A DNA stretch of 49,060 nt from Welwitschia mirabilis (Eukaryota), in NCBI GenBank assembly GCA_051453625.1, contig JBOZIK010000001.1:5553067-5602126 (forward strand), in the 5' to 3' direction. This document shows positions 39,240 to 49,060 of this stretch, in pieces. The translations under genes and the position numbers were made by a program. Below the pieces are notes generated by a model. That model saw only the letters and a list, made by a program, of their open reading frames with translations, ran no database searches and was not told the origin of the DNA. The stretch's first letter is position 1. Every line of letters starts with the position of its first letter.

Positions 39240-39482
39240 TTCTTAATTCGGTATATACATCTCTGATATGATAGATATCTTTCTCTGTGATGAAGTCTAG
39301 TTTAGTCTAGATGTCTTTGATATAGTAGCTGTATTTACTATAGGCACCTTTATATATATAGATGTCTTTATTTTATTGTGTCTGTCCTTTATGAATTATA
39401 AGCTTAAGGTTTTATGTACTTAAAATTTAATTCGATTGATCCTATTATAATTTAATGTTCTTCAATTTTACTTGTTTATGCA
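39240..39482 (-). mobile_element. Second copy of part of the same Sirevirus LTR (probable 5' LTR)
   Basis: It aligns with ~38075-38320 (tctaga..ctttgata.agt..tgtattta...atgaatt.taagctta..tatgtactt). Confidence 0.7.
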
Positions 39483-42400
39483 TGTAATGTCCATACTTAA
39501 GGTTCAACATAATCATGAAGATTAACTAAAGAGATGATCCATTCTAGATTTAACCCTACTAATACTACATGATACTTAATGCTCTATTTAAACTATGTCA
39601 AAATTTTAATATAAAGTCTTTTAAAATTTAGATTTTAATTTATCACTAGATAATGCACATTTGTTAGAAGATGTATAAGAAAAAGATTATGTTAATTATA
39701 CCTAAGAAATATTTAACTATCTTTTTATAGCCATATATTTAGGTTTCTATGATTGAATATTGGCCTTACTAACTAAACTATGTTGACTGTATTGTAGTAT
39801 GGTTGGATAGGAAGTTTATGCTTAAAATTTTAAGAGATGTAAATGTAAGTATAATCTAATAAATGAGGATTATTGAGAAAAGAAAGAGGCTATTCTAAGA
39901 ACTAAAATAAGGGACCCTTGGTTTAATAATCAGATAGGCTATTAATTTTAAACTATTTAATTCTCCCATGTAACTAAACCTAATTAAGATAAGAAATCTA
40001 GATTATAACTGCATTAGCCATTTTCTAGTATTATACCTATAGACTATAATAATGTAGGAAGGAAAATGCCCACTAATAATAATCTTTCATTTTTTTTTCA
40101 TAAATAAACTAAGCTTAATTTAGAAGTTATTAGACTTAATAACTCATAACTCAAGTTATAAATCACCATAATAAAGCATACATATATAATTGTATTCTTC
40201 AAATAGTCTCTTATAAATAGATTTTGATACTTAGTACTTTAACGTAAAGACAATAATACAAGAGGATAATTTCTCTTAATTAGAAACTTTAAGAAGCCTA
40301 TCATTCCCTATGTCATCTAGGCGACATTCAAGATGACATAGATGCTAACTTAAAATAATACTATGGGGCTAACTATGGACCTTAAAGTTGATGACTTACC
40401 TCTTACTGTGGGGTATCATCTCTAGTATTATTTGAAAAATAGTTAAGATGACAACTATTTTATATGAAAGAAATTTAATTATCTTTATAATTTGGTCACA
40501 TAATGCATGTGGATTGCTAGGGTTTTCTTATCCAACTTCTATGTTTTTTCTTTTAAAAACTTCAATGTAAAACTACAAGTACCCCCTTGTCTTTACTCCT
40601 AATTTTATGTTTTATATTAAAAATTCTTATTACAGGAGATTGTAAGATAGAAGATCCATTCATAGCTCTAAAGAAAAGTCTTCCTTGGTGTTGGGCTAAG
40701 TATCCTCCATTGAGGTACTACTACTTTATTTATAAGTGGATGTTAATTTATGAGTAACAGAAGAAATCTTTTAACTTCTANNNNNNNNNNNNNNNNNNNN
40801 NNNNNNNNNNNNNNNNNNNNNNNNNNNNNNNNNNNNNNNNNNNNNNNNNNNNNNNNNNNNNNNNNNNNNNNNNNNNNNNNNNNNNNNNNNNNNNNNNNNN
40901 NNNNNNNNNNNNNNNNNNNNNNNNNNNNNNNNNNNNNNNNNNNNNNNNNNNNNNNNNNNNNNNNNNNNNNNNNNNNNNNNNNNNNNNNNNNNNNNNNNNN
41001 NNNNNNNNNNNNNNNNNNNNNNNNNNNNNNNNNNNNNNNNNNNNNNNNNNNNNNNNNNNNNNNNNNNNNNNNNNNNNNNNNNNNNNNNNNNNNNNNNNNN
41101 NNNNNNNNNNNNNNNNNNNNNNNNNNNNNNNNNNNNNNNNNNNNNNNNNNNNNNNNNNNNNNNNNNNNNNNNNNNNNNNNNNNNNNNNNNNNNNNNNNNN
41201 NNNNNNNNNNNNNNNNNNNNNNNNNNNNNNNNNNNNNNNNNNNNNNNNNNNNNNNNNNNNNNNNNNNNNNNNNNNNNNNNNNNNNNNNNNNNNNNNNGAT
41301 TATGATTTTTGCTAGCTTTATAGTTTATTAAAATCATAAGGATAACCATTGTTAAGGTTGACATTATTAGTTTAGATCTTACATTCCATTTTATTTCATT
41401 TCCATATTTGCATTTACTTATATTTTATTTGATGTATGTTATAGCTTATGTTGGTTAGAAATAAGTGATAGCTCTTTCTAATTAACCTAAGTTATAAGGG
41501 CTAATGTTTATGACAGAAGGATTGGTTTTCAAATATACTCATTATAGTTGCATTTTATCCATTTTCATTTCATCATCATTCATCTTGTATTACATTTGTA
41601 TTATTTCTTATTTTTATTTACTAAAAGGAAAAAAGACTAAATATACTTTACTAAAATGAATTCTCTAACTTCTAGACTAGTGCCTTCAATAGATTATGAC
41701 ATTCGAGTTAACTATGGACTATATTAATGTGTGTCTTTCTACAAGTATTTGTGATTTATAAGATTTACTTAAGTACTTAAAAATTGTACAAATTTACATT
41801 GCAACATTTTGGAACCATTGCTGGGGAAGGCCATAAGGAGCTAGATAATTGTCACTATCTAGATATGTATCTTAGGATTTTGTTTAAGTTACTTATTTGA
41901 AATAGGACTATATTTCTATTCTAGTTTCTATAGATTTATTTTTCCATAATTTTTCATTTTGGTAGTGTTAGTGAACCCTATTATCCTCTTTATTATCCAC
42001 ATAACTAGATGGATGATGGTCTGCATTTTACATCTTTTTTTAATTTTGGTAATAAAAGTTTTTGATTTTAGGTAGTATAATAAATATTACATTAGCAACT
42101 CTATTGTATAGACAACTAGGTAGAAGACTATCAGTAGTTTTTCCTATTTCTATTTCTTTTATATAATCATATTTTTCTTTTTTTCTAGAACATATATCTA
42201 TTGGTCATCTCTTATTTTATCTAGATAATGGATAAGATGATGACCATTACAATTTCTATTTGAGTATGCAGGGACATGGTGAATTCTAATAAAAGATAAA
42301 ATATTAGACAGGGCAGAACTTGATTGAGAAAAACATTAGAAAAGGATTATTTGACTTCAAGAAAAATCTAGAAATGCACACCATAGTACGCAAATTTCAA

Positions 42401-45400
42401 GAATTAAAGAATAAGATTTTTCCACTTTTATTATTTTAGAGTTAAATTTTTCAAAACAAATATATGAAAATAATGGAATAAAAGTAGTTCATGTTATTTT
42501 TTTTGCATCTATATCAAAATCATCATAAAAACAAAAACAAATTACTTCATCTAATATACCAGTTATGATATGAACTTCTACTTAAATGTGAATGCCATGC
42601 TTAATGATTTAATTGATAATAGGAAACATGAAATTTAAAATATTTTTGATTTACCTTTTGGTGATGATATAGAATTAAGAAATTTAAGTGAATATCCAAA
42701 ACTTATGAGGCAACTTGAACAGGACCCTTTTGAACATCTAGCTAAGATTGAACAATTTATGCTTATTTTAGGAAATGAAAAGAAATGTAGTAATGTTCAT
42801 ACTTACATGATCATATTTCCTATTACACCTAGAGAAAAAGAAAAACTTTAGCTTAGAACCATTTAATACAAGAGTCTTAAATCATAAAGTCAAGTATAAT
42901 AAGTTTTTATTAAAAGATTTTTTAGTGAAAGTACCATGAGAAAAAGAAAGAAGGAGGTCATTAACTTTTAACAACAACCTCAAGAAGATTACGCCACAAC
43001 ATATGAATGATTCATCATAGCTATCCATTATAACTTTATTGATGAATTTCATGAAGAGTAATTGATAGATTATTTTTATAATGAATTAACCAGTCAAACT
43101 AAGCAACTTATAAACTTTTTCTATGGTGGCAACTTGATGAACTTGATCTTAAATGATGCATGGAAGTTGTTAAATGATTTAGTTGAAACAAATCAAACTT
43201 TATCAAGACTAAAGTATAAAGAAAATTAAATCAAAGGCCAAATCATAAAAGACTTAAAGGAATTAAAACATGATAAAAATGAAGAAAAACATAACTTAAC
43301 TAATATGATTAAGAATTTAAGTACCACTTTGGAGTAGTACACTTAAATGATAGTTAATGAAAAAGTAGTAAAAGAGGAAGACACAACTTTGACATATGAT
43401 ATATGTAAAGACAACTTTCATCCAACTAAAAAATACTCCTTATCACCAACTTGTAAAGAAAGGATGTTTGAGGAAGTGTGTGAATTTAATCAAAGGCCTC
43501 CTAACTTTAAAAGTCAAGCACAATTTTAACAAAAATCAAGTGGAAAATCAAGTTTAAAACCTTTTGAGAATAGATTCAAGAATTCAAAATTTCAAGCAAA
43601 TAGCTCTAGTTTTCAACCAAGCATCTAAAACCTTCAACTAAATTAGAGTGATCCACTTAGAGAATTAATAGAATAACTAAAAAATATGCAAGAAAAAACC
43701 AATAATAACATTAAAAACCTAGTGGATGTGCTTCAACAAATAATGTTAGCCAACTAATTACCATAAATATCTCTCGCATCCCAAGCTTTACCCAATTCAA
43801 ATGAAGTCAAGAAAGATTTAAAGGTGGTATCTAGAAGTCAAAATGACATAACACCTCCTACCCATGTGGCTTTAGATTATAAAAATAATGAAAGAAAATA
43901 TGGAAGAATATGATGTAAACATTTTGGATAAATATAACTTCCCTTAAATTTTTAATGATAAGACTACCACAAAAGATTCTTCATAAGAAAACAAAGGGAA
44001 GAAACCATTTACTCCTTGGCTTGATAGGCTAAACATGAATCCTACCTATGATGAGCACTTGAAATCCTTGATATAAGAGGTGAATATAAACTTATCTTTT
44101 TAAAACCTTTTGCAAGAAAATCCTAAGTATGCTACATTATGAAAATACCTACTTAAAAGAAAACAAAAACATACCATTTTGAGTAAGGTCTTTCTTGCTC
44201 AATTTCTCTCCAACTTAGTCATGAAGAAATGTCCTAAGTTCAAAGACTCTAGGGTAATAATAGTGAGTGTTACTTTAGAAAGAAATAAAATAATTAAAAA
44301 AGACTTTATTGACATAGGAGCAAGTGTAAACATCATGCCTCTTTAGATATGTAAGAAACTTAAGTTGTAAAATAGAATGGATCCTACATAAATCATCTTA
44401 GAATTAGCTAATACTTCAACTAAGAAATCCTTAGGGATCATGAAAGACTTAGTTATCCAAATAGAAGAAGCCTTATAACCCATAGATGTGGTTATTATTG
44501 AAGTAGAATATGATGGAGGTTATCTACTACTCTTAGGAAAAACCTTTTATGCAACTACTCATTATGTCATCGATACATGAATCAAAACGATGGAATGTCA
44601 CATAGGTAATAAGATGTCCGCCATTAGAGTTTTCGATGCTACTAAAAAAGAAATAAGAGATGAGTGGAATTTAAAAGAAGAATTTAAACTACCTTTATTT
44701 TATAACATCACCTAATTAAGGAGAGATTGATAATGCTACATGAGTCAACCTTGTAGGATGAACTAATTAAAATACACTATCTTGAACATGAGGATGAAAA
44801 TGTTTTAAACTAGAAAGAAGTTTAACATGTTTACTTAACGAAAAACCTTTTTTTAAAGCATCATCCTCTATAGTCATCTAGACAACAATCCCAGATGATA
44901 GTCATTGATGACAATTCAGTGATAGAACTTAAAAATTGCAACTTAGAACTGAAAGAGTTATTCAAAGATCTGAAATATAATTTTTTATTTAACAATTTAA
45001 AGAAACCTTTAGTATTAGATAACATTCTTAATTCTCAACAAGAATCTAACTTGGGATCATTTTTAACTTATAAGGAAAATGCTTTGACTTGGATCTATAA
45101 GGATTTAGCTACCATTCTTCCTTTCATAGTTTAACACAAAATCTACCTTGAAGATAATGCTAAATTAGTTATGTAATTCCAACAAATGCTTAACCCTAAA
45201 GCAAGTAGTTAAAGATGATTACTAAACTTATGGATGATAAAATACATATGTTATATATAATAGTAAGTGGGTTAGCCCCTTGATGATAGTTCCTAAAAAG
45301 GGTGAAAAATGGAGAATGTAAATTAACATTAAAAAACTTAATGATATTATTAAGAAGAATTGCTGGCCTTTACAATTTCTTAATCAAGTACTTAATAGAA

Positions 45401-46349
45401 TCAAAGAACATGCCTACTATTGTTTTCTTGATGGGTATAGTAACTAAAATTAGGTTTTCATAGCTAGTAAGAACTAAGCAAAAACAACTTTTAATTCTTC
45501 CTTTAGAACATTTTCTTTTAGAAGTATGCCTTTTGAACTTTTTAATACCTTTGAAACTTTTCAATGAGTAATAATGAGCATATTTTCTAATATAATGAAA
45601 GAATCTATTAAAATATTTATGGATAAAGCCTTAACCTTTGGTGAAAATTTTGAACAAATTATGAAAAGGTTAGAGAAAATTTTAAACTAATGTATATAAA
45701 GTGGCCTACGGTTGAGTTAAAAAAAAAGAGTTTCTTCCTTGTCAAAAATGGAATTATTTTAGATTATCACATTTTTAGTGAGGAAATTAGGATAGATCCT
45801 ACAAAAATTGATATCATTAAAAACCTTAAGCCTCTAACTAATGTCAAAAAAGTTAGATCTTTCTTTAGTTATGCTAATTTATATCACCATTTTATCAAGA
45901 TTAATGCTAAGGTTTGCAAACCAATTTACTTATTACTTGAAAAAGGAACTAAATTTGATTGGAATAACTCATGTTTACTTGCTTTTAAAGCCCTNNNNNN
46001 NNNNNNNNNNNNNNNNNNNNNNNNNNNNNNNNNNNNNNNNNNNNNNNNNNNNNNNNNNNNNNNNNNNNNNNNNNNNNNNNNNNNNNNNNNNNNNNNNNNN
46101 NNNNNNNNNNNNNNNNNNNNNNNNNNNNNNNNNNNNNNNNNNNNNNNNNNNNNNNNNNNNNNNNNNNNNNNNNNNNNNNNNNNNNNNNNNNNTTGTTATC
46201 ATCTTTTATCTTAACCACCTAAGACACTATCTTTTTGGATTTCATAATAATGTTTACATAGATCATGTAGTCATATGTTACCTTATAATCAAGAAAAATC
46301 CTAATACTAGATTTATTAAATGAATCCTTCTCATATAAGAATTTAATAT
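39483..46349 (+). mobile_element. Decayed Athila-type Ty3/gypsy: 5' LTR ~39483-41806, PBS, gag, protease, RT, RNase H; cut by a Sirevirus insertion
   Basis: The PBS ttttggaaccattgctgggga is at 41807-41827. Gag IIFPIT..FIKRFF..EVINF*QQ lies at ~42810-42980 and protease DIGASVNIMP at 44311. RT motifs are SKWVSPLMIVPKKG..WRM (45262), YYCFLDGYS, MPF and IFMDK (45616). RNase H LRHYLFG..VYIDH..RFIK*ILLI*EFNI ends at 46349. Many stops and frameshifts. Confidence 0.92.
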
Positions 46350-49060
46350 TATTGAGAAACCCTTGCATTAATTAATTTAATGAGTTTTTATAATTAGTCT
46401 ATTATGAAGAGATTTCCTAGAACCTGGCTATTGACTTAGAAGATCCGGTGATTAAGCTGTNNNNNNNNNNNNNNNNNNNNNNNNNNNNNNNNNNNNNNNN
46501 NNNNNNNNNNNNNNNNNNNNNNNNNNNNNNNNNNNNNNNNNNNNNNNNNNNNNNNNNNNNAATTTAATGAGTTTTTATAATTAGTCTATTATGAAGAGAT
46601 TTCCCAGAACCTGGCTATTAACTTAGAAGATCCAGTGATTGACCTATTAAAAAATTATGATACTGCTTCAAACTAGGGTGGTTATGCAATTAATAAACTT
46701 TGACTGGAATGATACAGATTACAAAAATAATCAGTTGAAGAATGGACATCCAAGTGTGTCATATCGGGTGACTAAGATGTCACATCAAGAAGTAGACCAG
46801 TTTAAACATGGGCGACTAAAACACCATTATTGGGGTAACCCCATTTAAGCCTGAGTGTAGGAACTGGGGAAAACATGGTTAACTACTAAACAAACATGAG
46901 CGACCATATTACATTTAATGAAATTCAATTTGATAGCCTAATGGGTGACCAACAAGGTTAATGAATGACCATACAACAGTCAGTAGAATCTAAATCTAGT
47001 GAATGCAAGGGTGACTAAAGGACATGTTAATGGGGAATCACATTTTACCAAAAATTTACCCTCATAAGGCCGACTAAATAAAATTTTTAGGGCGATCAAG
47101 TGAAGGTCGACTGCTTATTTACATAAGGGTGACCTAATATGCACCTATTCTGTATTGAGAATCTATAACAAGCAAGGGTGAATGAATGTTAGGAATAAGG
47201 GCAACCGCATAGGTGGGCAAACGAGTACTATGTAAGGTTAACTATACGAAGAAAAAATATAACCATTATGAATTTAATGGTTCATCAAAAAGGATACAAT
47301 GGCTCATTAAAAGTATAATAGTTTACTTTATCTTGTTAAAACAGTTACCATATGCATCTTCAATATAAAATCTCTCCTCTAATCAAAAGAGCACAACATA
47401 AACTATAACAATTTAAGAATGAAAAAAAAGAACTATCATACTCTTTAGATATTATATTTTAATAAGATTCAAGTTTAGATTTCTGATTGATTCTATTATT
47501 GTACCTACTTTAGAAGAAGAGATTTCTGTACCTTAGAGAAAATATCTATGCATCATTCTTTCTTCCATTCTTTTATGGTTGAGGATAAGCCATAAAATCC
47601 TCTATGATTATGAAAGATTATTTAGTAAGCCTGAAAATCATTATTGAAAGCTAATATATGCCAACCAAGGACAAGTAGTCTAAGAAGTGAAATGTGATAT
47701 CTATCCATGATTGAATAACTTGTTTTTATATTACTTTTCTACTTGTCTTATGTACAGGTTGTGAAGAATAAGAAAACTATATTTAAAGACCTATTCATCC
47801 CCCATAGGATTGATCCTCTACTTTCAATTGGTATCAAAGCAATATTAAGCAAGAGAACTTAATAGATCTTTACTCCACTCATCCCTAAAAAATTGAGTCA
47901 ACCCACTGAAGGAAATTCTGTTACACGACCTCCCTTCTTAGATGGAATAAATTATTGTTATTTAAAAGCAAATATGAAAATCTTTATTCAATTCGTTGAC
48001 ATTGAAATATGTGAGTCTATTACTAATGGATATTGTCATCCTACTATGAAGGATCCCAGAACCAAGTTGGCTATCTAAAGAGCAAGAACAAATGGATGTC
48101 AACTGAAAAATTAGCCGCAATGTACAACTTCAAAGGTCTAAATGTCATTTTGTATGCTATAGGTCCAAAATATTTTGAAAGAGTTGTGATTTGCACCACT
48201 GCCAAAGAAGCATGGGACATATTGAAAATTGCCCATGAAGAAACCAATCTAGTAAAGAAGGCTAAGCTTTAAATGCTAAGCACTTAGTTTAAAGATCTAA
48301 ATATGAAAGATGATAAAGGAATCAATGAATTTCTTGTAAAACTAATAGATATTGTAAATTCTATGTGTAGCTTAAGTAAAACAATTAAAGAATCATGAGT
48401 GATTTGAAAAGCCTTGAGATCTATGTCCAAAAGGTTTAAATCAAAAGTGATCACCATTGAGGAAAGCAAAGACCTAAACATTATAAAACTAGACAAACTC
48501 TAAGGGAACCTTTATACTTTTGAGCTCATATTTGGAAAATATAACAAGAAGAGTGTGGCATTATCTACACAAATGAAATTCCTGAGATCAAGGATGGATT
48601 TGACCAAGAACCAGAAAGTGATAATGAAGTGGTTCTTCTAGCCAAATAATTTAGACACTTATGCNNNNNNNNNNNNNNNNNNNNNNNNNNNNNNNNNNNN
48701 NNNNNNNNNNNNNNNNNNNNNNNNNNNNNNNNNNNNNNNNNNNNNNNNNNNNNNNNNNNNNNNNGAAAGTGATGATGAAGTGGTTCTTCTAGCCAAATAA
48801 TTTAGACACTTATGCAGAGACAACAAGGTGGAGTTCAGTCTAGGAGACTACCAAGAAGAAAAGAGGAAGGATGCCATGAAATATAGTGCTATTCTTGCAA
48901 ATATTTTGGTCACACATTCAGTGTTTACCCAAACAACAAAAAAGATGATAAAAGAAAAGGAAAGAAAGTCCTATCAACAACATGAAATGATGAAGAAAGT
49001 GAGAGTAAATAGAACTCAAATTCATAATGTGGTGGTATCTCTCTCGTGGCTATTATCAAT
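46350..49060 (+). mobile_element. Sirevirus/Maximus-type copia: 5' LTR 46350-47826, Met-PBS 47829-47840, disrupted gag from ~47893 to the window end
   Basis: The LTR ends cctattcatccccc..tttca, followed by tggtatcaaagc. Gag reads EGNSVTRPPFLDGINYCYLKANMKIFI, CTTAKEAWDILKIAHE and LRSMSKRFKSKVITIEESKDL, with a decayed zinc knuckle CYSCKYFGH at ~48887. Confidence 0.93.

Noticed and set aside
39084..46218. ORFs at 39084, 40750, 40771, 45975 and 45985
   Set aside because: They are open only because they run through N gaps.

Overview
This is very AT-rich, CpG-depleted eukaryotic DNA, most likely from a flowering plant (inferred from Sirevirus- and Athila-type elements), in a draft assembly with N gaps. 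Most of the window is old, nested, decayed LTR retrotransposons. These include a three-deep copia nest at 2.3-11.5 kb, several Sirevirus pieces, two pol-deleted Athila-like elements, and an Athila gag-pol cut by a younger Sirevirus. Only one intact gene is supported: an intronless, CpG-retaining 294-aa acidic protein (12974-13858) with a variant C-terminal RING-H2 finger (C3-x3-H4 spacing, Asp as eighth ligand). It has a 34-bp upstream duplication and a 3' foldback. Features the ORF track misses include a probable split HMG-box remnant (16.9-17.3 kb) and two related short RT-less copia-type elements that share a hairpin next to the PPT. I found no prokaryotic system, CRISPR array, rRNA or tRNA. 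All alignments and translations were done by eye and no database searches were run.
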